Below are positions 16,997-25,608 of a stretch of DNA of 54,968 bases, in pieces; the stretch's first letter is position 1, and every line of letters begins with the position of its first letter. The translations under genes and the position numbers were made by a program. The stretch is taken from the IMG/VR virus record IMGVR_UViG_3300014167_000001, positions 1-54,968 of that record; one strand, written 5' to 3'. The notes under the pieces were generated by a model that was not told the origin of the DNA, made no database searches, and saw only the letters and a program-made list of their open reading frames with translations. The DNA comes from a virus. Taxonomy: Duplodnaviria; Caudoviricetes.

Positions 16997-17199
16997 GTGG
17001 CGTCCCTCACTTTGTCATCTCGCATGACGATCCAGTGGTAGACGCCGCACATGGTGGCGCTGACAGTGGCCCACGTAATGAAGTTGCCGGAGTCCGGGTG
17101 CATGAACAGAAAGACGGTCGCCGCGGTCCACGCGGCGCCGACCAGACTCATCACGAACCAGTCGCGCAAGTCTCCGTTGTTGCAGATCATGAGCCTCAC
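16993..17199 (-). CDS. Putative holin (2 TM)
   Basis: 68 aa, two hydrophobic helices, charged C-terminus, inside the lysis cassette. Confidence 0.6.
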   Translation of the reverse strand: MRLMICNNGDLRDWFVMSLVGAAWTAATVFLFMHPDSGNFITWATVSATMCGVYHWIVMRDDKVRDAT

Positions 17200-17238
17200 C
17201 TCACCAGAACCGTTTGAATAACCGGCTGAGCCAGCTCC

Positions 17239-17616
17239 TCAGCCAACCGTAAAAGTCGACGGCGCGTTCGGCGCAGCCTCGGCCTGCGTCCACGTCACGA
17301 CGTTCGTGTTGCCCGAGGCGTCGCCCACACTATCCGTGTCGTAGCAGTACGCGGAGTATTCCGTGCCGGCGACCGGCGAGAAGACCGGGGTCATCGAGGC
17401 GAACGGAATCACGAGCTGGGAGCCGAGCGGTTGCGTCGGTGACGGCGTGAAGGTGTGCAACGCCGGGGCGCCAACTACGCCGCCGACGACGGTCGAGATC
17501 GCGAAGGAATAGAGGACGATGTCGCCCACGTTGAGCGCCGCTCCGGTAGTGGCCGGCGGCACCGGTACGCGAGTCGTCGGGGTCGTGATCGTTGCCTGTG
17601 TCTGTGGAGTTGTCAT
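17239..17616 (-). CDS. Small beta-rich (Ig/FN3-like) putative virion protein
   Basis: Thr/Pro/Val-rich, ends APNAPSTFTVG; GAGGTG RBS; ATGA overlap with the endolysin stop. Confidence 0.55.
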   Translation of the reverse strand: MTTPQTQATITTPTTRVPVPPATTGAALNVGDIVLYSFAISTVVGGVVGAPALHTFTPSPTQPLGSQLVIPFASMTPVFSPVAGTEYSAYCYDTDSVGDASGNTNVVTWTQAEAAPNAPSTFTVG

Positions 17617-18062
17617 GTGCTCACCTCGGGGTACTGCCCCGTTAGAAAATAGTTCGCGATTCTGTCCGCGCGGCCCTCGTGCACCTCGCGTTCCCATTCA
17701 CTGGCGAGCAGATGATCGTGCACCGTCTGCCACCACTTGTTGATCATGGCGTGGCGTGTGGCGAGGAACTCGGACCACGTCTTCACGCCCATGTTGAACA
17801 CCAGCTCCGTGAGAGCGTTCTGCCGACACGGGGTATCAAGAGCCGCCCATTCCGGCAGCTTGGACGCCTCGTCCATCGCGGCGTTAATGTCGCTCTCCAG
17901 CGTCGAATCCGCCGTCTCCTGCGTCCACTGCAGCCCAGAAGCGTCACTAGCCTCAAGCAGGTGGCCCCATCCGATCGTCCAGTGACCGGTGGTGTCTTTG
18001 TACGCGGAGAGTCTGCAGCTCTCCGCGGCCTGTATGTCCTGAACCAGCCGGGGGTCGGTCAT
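17613..18062 (-). CDS. Endolysin, T4-lysozyme-like muramidase (GH24)
   Basis: E-x8-D-x5-T triad (AESCRLSAYKDTTGHWTIGWGH), RQNAL..LVFNMG, S.W....RA. Confidence 0.9.
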   Translation of the reverse strand: MTDPRLVQDIQAAESCRLSAYKDTTGHWTIGWGHLLEASDASGLQWTQETADSTLESDINAAMDEASKLPEWAALDTPCRQNALTELVFNMGVKTWSEFLATRHAMINKWWQTVHDHLLASEWEREVHEGRADRIANYFLTGQYPEVST

Positions 18063-18343
18063 TTGCGGTCCTTGCGACTGCGGTCGTCGTCGACCTTCTG
18101 GTTGACGACGTCGATCTTGCCTTCCATCCGGGTCAGCGTCGTCGTTACATCCTGCAGCGACTTGTGCGTCTCGGCCTGTCCGTCGAACAGCTTTTGAATC
18201 TGAACGGTGTGCTCGTCAAGCACCTTACTCTGCGCGTTCATTTCCAGCACCGTGTGGCCCGCCCAACCACATGTCGCCATCACCACCGAGACTACGGCGG
18301 TCTTCATCGCATCGGCACCAAACAACGCTGACAACGCGCTCAT
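18059..18343 (-). CDS. Membrane protein with coiled coil (holin/antiholin candidate)
   Basis: One TM helix, a coiled coil and a basic tail; directly upstream of the endolysin. Confidence 0.55.
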   Translation of the reverse strand: MSALSALFGADAMKTAVVSVVMATCGWAGHTVLEMNAQSKVLDEHTVQIQKLFDGQAETHKSLQDVTTTLTRMEGKIDVVNQKVDDDRSRKDRK

Positions 18344-18358
18344 GCCCCACCCCTTGTC

Positions 18359-18730
18359 TTAGACGACGCCGATCTCGCCTTCCGCCTCGAACGTGATCGT
18401 GGTCGCGGCACTCGCGAGCCCGGTCAGGAAGTCCGCGACGTCGAGGCGCGTGGCGCCGTAGTAGTCAACGTACGAGTTCGCCGGGATCGCGATCGCGCTG
18501 CCGAGGAATTCGGTGCCCGCCGCAGAGCCGCCGGTCGCGCCGATGAACAGCGACGCTGTCGCCGCCGCGGCGGTCTTGTTGACGAGACGAATGTGACGCA
18601 GGATCACATACGTGTTGCTGTTCGTGCCGGCGAGGCCCGTACCACCGGTCAGCGTCGGGGGGTTGACGATATTCGCGGCGGACGCGCCAAGGGCGACGGG
18701 GCCGAAGCGAAGCAGTTTGTTTGCGGCCAT
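18359..18730 (-). CDS. Small beta-rich virion/tail-associated protein
   Basis: 123 aa Ala/Gly/Thr-rich; AGGAG RBS; follows the fibre gene. Confidence 0.6.
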   Translation of the reverse strand: MAANKLLRFGPVALGASAANIVNPPTLTGGTGLAGTNSNTYVILRHIRLVNKTAAAATASLFIGATGGSAAGTEFLGSAIAIPANSYVDYYGATRLDVADFLTGLASAATTITFEAEGEIGVV

Positions 18731-18757
18731 GAGATCAGAACTCCTGCGCAGTGCGCG

Positions 18758-21700
18758 TTAGATGTTGTCGTCGTACCCGTAGCAGTAAGCAGCCGAGGCC
18801 GCCGCACTTGCGTAGTAAAGCAGGGGCGTACCCGGTCTCTCGACCCGTAATTCACAGAGAATCGTGTTGTACGAGCCGGGCGGTGTGGCAACCGGTGGCG
18901 GGTTTGTCGTGCTCGTGTAGCCACCGCAATACTGGTTGATCGCTAGGATTGCCGTGCCGCCACCCGCCCACAAAACAATCGCCACGTCAGATGCGGTAGG
19001 CGGGATCACCGACGCCATACTGGCGTTCAAAAACGAAGGTGTCGTCACGTTGCCGGATGCGCCCGCCGCGGTGTAGATATTAGGCAGCGCGGGGAGATAC
19101 GTCGGCGTGATGATGTACCGAACCCGGCGGCCGTATTGTTGAAACGGCACAACGACGTTGCTGCTGTTGGAGTAGAACGCGCCAATTCTCGCCCAGTGCG
19201 TGTAACCGGTTGGCATCGGGCTCGGACCGGTGGAGCTGAGGGATGCGATGAGCGGTGAGCCGTTTCCGGTCGGGCCTCCGGGAGAATAGCGCGTGTTCGT
19301 CACCACGTAGAGGTAGTACCACGTGTTGGCTGTCGGTGTGCCCGTGTCTAGTCCGTACGCGTTACCAACACCGCTATAGGGCAACGTGGTCGAAGAGGCC
19401 ATAGCCGCCGACAAGTATGTCGGGTTTCCGCCTCCGCTACTGCACACGATGCTGCCAGACGCATAGATGTAGGCGGAGCCGCCAACATACGACACCGCAA
19501 GGTTCGCGAACAAACCACGCGCGCCGACCAACGAAGTCAAGGCCCCGTTTGACGTGGTCAGCGCGCCGCTCAGTGCCCACATGCCGTCGTCGTCGCCCTG
19601 CGAGACCGGGTCAACGGTGTTGTGCTCGCCCTGAGTGCCGGTGAGGACCGGTACCCCGTTGATGTACAGCCCTTGCGCGTTCAGCGTGCCCGCGCCGCGG
19701 TTCGGGCCTGACGGTGAGCCGACCAGCGTCGTCCCGTCACCGAGAATGTCGAAATAGGACGTCGACCCGGCGGCGTTCAAGAAGTACGCGCACTTGTCCG
19801 ACGTGTTGGTGCCGGCCTGCACGAGCAAGCCGAGCGACGTCCCCGAAGATGGTCCTTGAAAGAGCGCGGTATAGCTAGCCGAGACGCCGTTCACAGTGAG
19901 CGCAGTGACGCCGGTCGGCTGCGGAATGGTCACACGACCGCTGGACTCCACGCGCAGGAGGTCATTACCGCCGTTCGCTGAGATCGACAACGCGTTCGCG
20001 ACATTGTTGCCGATTATGAACTGGTAGTACGCGCCGCTCGCTTGAAGCTCAAGCCCGAGGACTTGGGGAGTCGTGCTATACGCGACGAGCGCGTTTTGCG
20101 TGCCGCTACCGAAAGCAAGCAGCCCGTAGCTGCTGTCAGGCAGCGCCAGCGTGACGTTGCCGGCGCTCGACAGCGTCATGCGGTTCGACATCGTCGGAGC
20201 TGAACCGATCGCTGTCGTCTGCGACGGACCGGTCCAGAAATGAATGCCATCCGTGCTGAGCGACATCGCTGCGCGGCCAACGCCGACAGCGGTTAGGGAT
20301 TGGAAAGTACCGGAGCCAATGTTGGCGCCGACACCGTACCCGAGGTAACTCGCGCCGCTGGAGTAGAGAGATCCGAGCGAGAACAGCGCGCCCGAAGAAT
20401 ACTGACCGTTGATCAGCATGTCACCAAACGTTGCGCCGGACGCGTTCCCGATAAGGACGTCTGGGATGGTAGCAGCCGCCGTGTAGATGCCGGTTACTGT
20501 GAGCGCGGTCAAGCCCGCAGAAGAAGGTGCAGCAACGGAAACGGCGCCAGTCGCGCCGAGCAATACGCGCCCCAAGCCGCCACTGACGAGGGATAGCGAG
20601 TGCGCGCTCGACGTACCGATATATCCGTACGTGGCGGAACTAGACGCTTGAACCGCAACAGTCACGGTGCCGTCCGTGAACAGCGCGCCCCACGTGGAGG
20701 TGAGCATGTTGAGGGTCAGCGCGGCACCACTCGTCGGCGTCGCGACGCTGAACCCGCCAGTGGTGTTGTTGTAGCTCATCCCCGAGCCGCCGAACGAGCC
20801 CGCGGCGTTGTACTGCACCGAGTTCACGGGCGCGCCCGGGGTGCCCGTACCGCCCGTGGCCGGCGCTACAGGCACGCCGAGCAGAGCCCAGACGTCGTCA
20901 TCGCCCTGCGACACCGGGTCCAGCGTCATGTGCTCGCCGTTCGTTCCCGTGAGCGGGCGACCCGTCACGTAGAATCCGTTCGCGGCGTTGATCGTGCCGA
21001 TGCCGGTCAGGTTCTGCGCGCCCACCAGACCGAGAGCAACCGTGCCGTCACCCGTGATGCGCAGGAACTGTTTCGTCTGCGCGGCATTTTGAATGGTGAC
21101 GCCGTAGTCCGAACCAGACGTGCCCGCACTGATCAGCAGCGCGTAGGACTGGTTGGCCGTCGTGTTCCCTTGCAGCGACAGGGCGTAGTTGTTCGCAACC
21201 GCCGCTAGCGACATCAAGATACCGGACGTCGGCGGGCTCACTGAGAGAGTGCCGGTCGCCACCGCGTAGATGAAGTTGGACGCTCCGCCGAACGCCCCGG
21301 CGTTGTTGAACTGAAGCGAACTGACGGGCGTGCCGGGCGATCCGCTGCTCGTGCTAGCCGGCGGCGTCGGGAATCCAAGCATCGCCCAGACGTCGTCTTC
21401 GCCCACCGACAAGCTGTCTACGAGAAGGTGCGTCGCGGGTCCGGCCGGACCTTGCGCGCCCGGCGATCCTGCGACTCCCGCGGGGCCCGGCGGCCCCGGA
21501 GCGCCGTCATCAGGAATCGAGTCATACTCCGGCACCAGCGTGACGCCGGGGACGCCCTGCGGGCCCGTGAAGCCCTGCGGGCCGGGGATGATCCAGCCTT
21601 CGTCGTTGCCGCTGTTCTCGTCGGACGAGTAGCCCGGGAAGCCGCCGATCGGACCCGTCGTCGCGATCGCCGACAGCGTGGCTGGCTGCGCGGACGTTCC

Positions 21701-21865
21701 CTGAATGATGATGTTCGGACCCGCCGTGGCGTTCCGAATATCCATGTTCTGCAGATGGTTCGTGATGAACGTGCGGAACCATTCCGCGCTCCACTCGCGC
21801 GGAATGTTCGTGACGACCGCCGCGCTGATGCCGCGCCGGACAGGCTGGTTCGGAACCCCTACCAT
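18758..21865 (-). CDS. Long tail fibre with collagen-like segments and internal repeats
   Basis: Gly-X-Y runs, repeated QF/YN.AG.FGG and DPVSQGDDD motifs; follows the gp10-like gene. Confidence 0.8.
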   Translation of the reverse strand: MVGVPNQPVRRGISAAVVTNIPREWSAEWFRTFITNHLQNMDIRNATAGPNIIIQGTSAQPATLSAIATTGPIGGFPGYSSDENSGNDEGWIIPGPQGFTGPQGVPGVTLVPEYDSIPDDGAPGPPGPAGVAGSPGAQGPAGPATHLLVDSLSVGEDDVWAMLGFPTPPASTSSGSPGTPVSSLQFNNAGAFGGASNFIYAVATGTLSVSPPTSGILMSLAAVANNYALSLQGNTTANQSYALLISAGTSGSDYGVTIQNAAQTKQFLRITGDGTVALGLVGAQNLTGIGTINAANGFYVTGRPLTGTNGEHMTLDPVSQGDDDVWALLGVPVAPATGGTGTPGAPVNSVQYNAAGSFGGSGMSYNNTTGGFSVATPTSGAALTLNMLTSTWGALFTDGTVTVAVQASSSATYGYIGTSSAHSLSLVSGGLGRVLLGATGAVSVAAPSSAGLTALTVTGIYTAAATIPDVLIGNASGATFGDMLINGQYSSGALFSLGSLYSSGASYLGYGVGANIGSGTFQSLTAVGVGRAAMSLSTDGIHFWTGPSQTTAIGSAPTMSNRMTLSSAGNVTLALPDSSYGLLAFGSGTQNALVAYSTTPQVLGLELQASGAYYQFIIGNNVANALSISANGGNDLLRVESSGRVTIPQPTGVTALTVNGVSASYTALFQGPSSGTSLGLLVQAGTNTSDKCAYFLNAAGSTSYFDILGDGTTLVGSPSGPNRGAGTLNAQGLYINGVPVLTGTQGEHNTVDPVSQGDDDGMWALSGALTTSNGALTSLVGARGLFANLAVSYVGGSAYIYASGSIVCSSGGGNPTYLSAAMASSTTLPYSGVGNAYGLDTGTPTANTWYYLYVVTNTRYSPGGPTGNGSPLIASLSSTGPSPMPTGYTHWARIGAFYSNSSNVVVPFQQYGRRVRYIITPTYLPALPNIYTAAGASGNVTTPSFLNASMASVIPPTASDVAIVLWAGGGTAILAINQYCGGYTSTTNPPPVATPPGSYNTILCELRVERPGTPLLYYASAAASAAYCYGYDDNI

Positions 21866-23334
21866 TTGCCGCCGTCCAGCTCAGCGGTCACGTCGACGGT
21901 GTACGTCGGCGCGGCATCGCTGATCAGGAAGCGGTAGACGCGGCAACGGCTCTGGCCGAGTTTGAACCACACGCAACGGTTGCCATACTGACCACTCTCG
22001 CCGAGGTTCTTGTCGTCACGCGCCCAGAACGTGCGACCGCCGTCATCCGAGATGTACAGCGTGACCTTCGGCGCGTACGTGAGGCTCGCGCCCTCGCCCG
22101 CGGAGATCACGAGTTCGAGGCGGTTGTGGCAGATGCGGTTATTGCCATCGTAGATGCCCTGTGTCGTGAACGAGCACTGCATCTGCACGCCGAACTCGGT
22201 GAACACCGTTGTGTCGAGATAGCCGACGCCGTTGCCCTGCGAATCGCCGACGAGCTGCTTGCCGAACGCGTTGAGCCAACACAGCGGACGCCAGCAGCCG
22301 ACACCGAAGGACTCCATCTCGAACCATTCGGTCGTCACGCAGTCGTACACGAGCGAGTTGCCCGCGGCCGGCATCGTGAGCACCCAGAGCGGGTGGCCGC
22401 CGATCGTCGGCGTGAGCGCGTAGCAGCCGGCGAGGTTCGCTTTTTCGAGGACCGCCTCGATACCGTGGTTCGAGACGCGCGTCGGCGTCTGGCCGTTGCG
22501 GCGCCGTACCGTGAGATCATTGGCGACCCAGAAGACCGACTGGTCCTGCAATGCGACCGTGTAGCCGGCGAGCGGGTGCACGCCGATCTGCATGAAGCTG
22601 TTAGGGGCGCTCCCGAACGGCGAGCCCGCGCTGCTGCCGGTCGCGGTGCCGACGTTCATGTAGCCTTCGGACGTCAAAGCGCCGAAGACCAGCACCTCGC
22701 GATGGTCGACGCACATGCCCCAGAGGAGATCAGTGCCGAACTCGCGCGGCAACACGCCAAACGTGGTGAAGGTCGGGACGCCGGTTCCAGAGATGAGCTG
22801 GCCGTCGTCGTTGTAGAACTCAAGCCCGTTAAGGGCGAGGAAGACGAGGTAGCTGTCGACGAACCATACGTCGAGCGCGCCGTACGACAGAAACGTCGGG
22901 TCCGTGAAGGGCGCGAACAGCGGTGCGGGCGCGACCGCGTTCGGGCAGAAGGTGTAGGCGATGCTCGTACCCGGGATGAGAATGAACAGGCACTGGCCGT
23001 TGTCGGCCATGCGGACGAACCCAGTACCCGGGATGCCCGAGCCGAGCAGCAGGAGCGCGCCGGTCGCCGACATCGCGTAGAGTTTGGCTCCGATCACCGC
23101 GTACGTCGCCGCACCCATCGTGTGCAGGCCGCGGGTCGCCTTGTTCGAGCTGTCGTTCGCGAGACCCACGATGCCGGGCGCGCGCCGGATGGTGATCGGC
23201 GGCACCTTCTGCTTCGTGTCGGTGGCCGACGTCTGCGGGCCGATCTCGCTCATGAAGTTGACGAGACGCTTGCAGCTCACGCGCGGGTCGCGCGCGACAT
23301 AGGAGCCGGTCGGCAGGGGGACTTGGGTCGTCAC
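21859..23334 (-). CDS. Packaged DNA stabilisation / tail hub protein (P22 gp10-like)
   Basis: V.MADNG, D..F.D.Y.VF, RVSNHGIE, LVYD..T.EW, SDDGGRTF, W.KLGQSR.RVYR. Confidence 0.88.
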   Translation of the reverse strand: MTTQVPLPTGSYVARDPRVSCKRLVNFMSEIGPQTSATDTKQKVPPITIRRAPGIVGLANDSSNKATRGLHTMGAATYAVIGAKLYAMSATGALLLLGSGIPGTGFVRMADNGQCLFILIPGTSIAYTFCPNAVAPAPLFAPFTDPTFLSYGALDVWFVDSYLVFLALNGLEFYNDDGQLISGTGVPTFTTFGVLPREFGTDLLWGMCVDHREVLVFGALTSEGYMNVGTATGSSAGSPFGSAPNSFMQIGVHPLAGYTVALQDQSVFWVANDLTVRRRNGQTPTRVSNHGIEAVLEKANLAGCYALTPTIGGHPLWVLTMPAAGNSLVYDCVTTEWFEMESFGVGCWRPLCWLNAFGKQLVGDSQGNGVGYLDTTVFTEFGVQMQCSFTTQGIYDGNNRICHNRLELVISAGEGASLTYAPKVTLYISDDGGRTFWARDDKNLGESGQYGNRCVWFKLGQSRCRVYRFLISDAAPTYTVDVTAELDGGKW

Positions 23335-23337
23335 GAC

Positions 23338-23739
23338 TCAGATCCAGTTCGGGCCGCCCCACGGGCCGCCCTGAGCGCGCTGCAGTTCGCCGAGATCGCT
23401 CTCCATGTAGCGGAGCGAACGCTTCGTGAGCTGCCGCTCCGCGTCGTTGATCAGCGCGATCAGGAGCTGATCCTTCAGCGTGATGCCGTAGTGCGCGGCG
23501 AGCGCACGCGTGAGCATGTACTTGACGCCCTCGATGTCCGACGCGCGCAGCGGTGCGGTCGCGGCGAGATTCGTCTGCGGCCACCAGCCGAGGCGCATGC
23601 CGTCCGCGGCCTGATTGGCGAGCATGTCGTTGAGCACCGTGAGGCCCGTGGACGCCTGCACAGCCGTCGGCACCTGCGTCTCATCGACGACGTTCAGCTT
23701 CCAGAAGGCGAAGTTCACGATCTCTTGATTGAGGGCCAC
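23338..23739 (-). CDS. Head-tail adaptor (P22 gp4-like)
   Basis: I...A..KL.V, GL..LNDML, LA.HYG; synteny with coat and gp10. Confidence 0.75.
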   Translation of the reverse strand: MALNQEIVNFAFWKLNVVDETQVPTAVQASTGLTVLNDMLANQAADGMRLGWWPQTNLAATAPLRASDIEGVKYMLTRALAAHYGITLKDQLLIALINDAERQLTKRSLRYMESDLGELQRAQGGPWGGPNWI

Positions 23740-23744
23740 AGATG

Positions 23745-23868
23745 CTCCGGTGAATTAGTTGGGCGTCTCTCCGCCCTGCCACGCATGGTTGTGTGTACGT
23801 CCGCGTTCACGTTGTGCCGGCTAGGGTGAGGGCCAGCCGGCGAAGCCCTCGGCAGCTAGAGCTGCTCT
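23745..23868 (-). ncRNA. Structured intergenic element (hairpin, H-type pseudoknot, GGAGAGA hairpin)
   Basis: Minus strand: GAGGGC/GCCCTC and GCCGGCTG/TAGCCGGC interleaved pairings; GGGCG-GAGAGA-CGCCC hairpin. Confidence 0.4.
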
Positions 23869-23869
23869 T

Positions 23870-24238
23870 TTACTGCGTGCGGATCCACGAGCGCGGCAGC
23901 AAGCCGGTCGTGCGGTTGCCGTTCAGGAAGTACGTGTACTCGTACTTCGTGTTGGCAACCAACGCGGTGATCGCGGCCAGACCACCCGCCGGAACGACGA
24001 GCGAGTCGCCCGTGTTGGCGTTGATCGTGATCGCGGTCTGCGTCTGGGTCGACTGGAGAACGAACTTCGCGCCGTCCGGCGGGTTCAGCGGCAGCGTGAG
24101 CGTGCCGGTCGCGAGCGTGCCGGCCGGCGTCAGGAGCACGCTGTCCGTCTGCGCCACGATGTTGAAGGCCGTAAGCGGCGTGTACCATTCACGAGCTGCA
24201 CCGATGCAGTCGTAGGCGCCGTAACCGATCTGAGACAT
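23870..24238 (-). CDS. Putative capsid decoration protein
   Basis: LLTPAGTLATGTLTLP..P.DG pattern; directly downstream of the coat gene; AAGGA RBS. Confidence 0.6.
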   Translation of the reverse strand: MSQIGYGAYDCIGAAREWYTPLTAFNIVAQTDSVLLTPAGTLATGTLTLPLNPPDGAKFVLQSTQTQTAITINANTGDSLVVPAGGLAAITALVANTKYEYTYFLNGNRTTGLLPRSWIRTQ

Positions 24239-24268
24239 GTGAGATTCCTTGTGTTATCGAGGGAGCAA

Positions 24269-24295
24269 CCCGCGCGGGCCTTGCGGTCCGCGCGG
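24269..24295 (-). terminator. GCAA-loop hairpin downstream of the coat gene (terminator/attenuator)
   Basis: CCGCGCGGACC-GCAA-GGCCCGCGCGG on the minus strand; weak U tract. Confidence 0.5.
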
Positions 24296-24312
24296 ATCAA
24301 GCCTCAGTCAGA

Positions 24313-25581
24313 TTACGCCGGCTGGTGGATGACGCGGACCGCGAGTTCGGGGTACGCGAGCACTTCGCCAGAGATGGTGTCCAGTCGGGCCGGCAGGAGA
24401 TCGTTGGTCGGATCCCACTGCTGCGCGAACCGGATGTTGTAGCCCTCGAAGGACTCCTGCGCCGTGAACTTCACGAGCGCCGACAGATCGAGCATCGGCG
24501 GGTTCGCAAACACGATCGCGTCGCGATACCACGCGAGCGACTGCTTGATGAGCTGACCCGAGACGCCGGCCGTGGTGCCACCCATGACGGTGATCGCCGC
24601 GGTCGCACCGGGCTGCGAGTCCACGTTCTGGTACGCGCCGCCGGTGATGATCGCCGGAGAGATCGACAGAGCCGCGATCGCGCCGCCGGAGTCCGAAACC
24701 GTCGTGTTGACCACGAACTGCTTCAGGCGACCGAGCGAAATCTTCGACTCCGGGTCCACGTCGTTCACGCCAGCGATGGTGATCACGTCACCCGCGTTGA
24801 CGGTCGTGGTGCCCGAGGCCCAGCCGTTGGTCGAGATGGTCTGCGACGCGACGAACGCGTTGCCAGCGCCCGTCTGGCCCTGCCCACCGCCGTTCATGGC
24901 CGGCGTACCGCCGGTCACGACACCAATGGTGTGCGCCGGCAGCTTCGTGTTGCGGAACGCAACGAAGCCGGCGACCTTGTCGCTGATCACGCCTTCGAGC
25001 CACTGGTCAGAGACCGTGCTCTCGGGATTGAACAGGCCCTTGTTGTCGAGCACGAACTCGTACGACGCCTGCGGGTTCGCAGTCAGCGTGCGGCGGTCAT
25101 CTTCCGGCGCCAGCGTTTCCGTAAGGAACCGCTCGGCCTGAAGGATGTTCGCGAAGTTCACGGCCGTGTTATACGCGCCGCAGAACTTCGGCACGCTGTT
25201 GACCAGCGCGCCCACGTCAACCTCGATCAGCGCGGCCACCTTCGCCATCGCCGGCTCAAGCACCTGCTCCTCGAAGTTGTTCAACAGCATCGCCCGCTCG
25301 ACGGACGTGAAGTTGATGTCCACGCCGCGCTGGTTCGAGACCGAGAGCTGCGCGTACCGCTGGATCGAGTTCTCCGCCGCCATCGTCGCGCCCTTGCGGC
25401 CGACGTACTGGAACGGCAGGCGGATGCTCAGCACCTGACCGAGGATCACACCTTCGATCGGGCCCGGCAGCAGCGACTGGTAGTCGCGGTTCGTGCGGCC
25501 GGTCATGTTGGCCTTGGCGTGCAGCAGCACGAGCGCCTTGCGGGCCACCCACTGTGCAGTCAAGAGGCTATTGGTCGTCAT
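24313..25581 (-). CDS. Major capsid protein (P22 coat-like)
   Basis: N-terminal NSLLT..WVAR.AL..L, NRDY, G..L.IRLP, GDVITIAGV, C-terminal RLD...G.....PELA. Confidence 0.92.
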   Translation of the reverse strand: MTTNSLLTAQWVARKALVLLHAKANMTGRTNRDYQSLLPGPIEGVILGQVLSIRLPFQYVGRKGATMAAENSIQRYAQLSVSNQRGVDINFTSVERAMLLNNFEEQVLEPAMAKVAALIEVDVGALVNSVPKFCGAYNTAVNFANILQAERFLTETLAPEDDRRTLTANPQASYEFVLDNKGLFNPESTVSDQWLEGVISDKVAGFVAFRNTKLPAHTIGVVTGGTPAMNGGGQGQTGAGNAFVASQTISTNGWASGTTTVNAGDVITIAGVNDVDPESKISLGRLKQFVVNTTVSDSGGAIAALSISPAIITGGAYQNVDSQPGATAAITVMGGTTAGVSGQLIKQSLAWYRDAIVFANPPMLDLSALVKFTAQESFEGYNIRFAQQWDPTNDLLPARLDTISGEVLAYPELAVRVIHQPA

Positions 25582-25608
25582 TTTTCTTCGCCTTCTGAGT
25601 TTTTCGGA

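Noticed and set aside
6204-21865. Diversity-generating retroelement acting on the paralogous fibre tips
   Set aside because: No reverse transcriptase was found, and no near-identical TR/VR pair differing at adenines; the similarity is at protein level only
23745-23868. HDV-like ribozyme or tRNA
   Set aside because: Only a simple H-type topology without P3/P1.1; no cloverleaf or T-loop here, and I saw no tRNA elsewhere in the window
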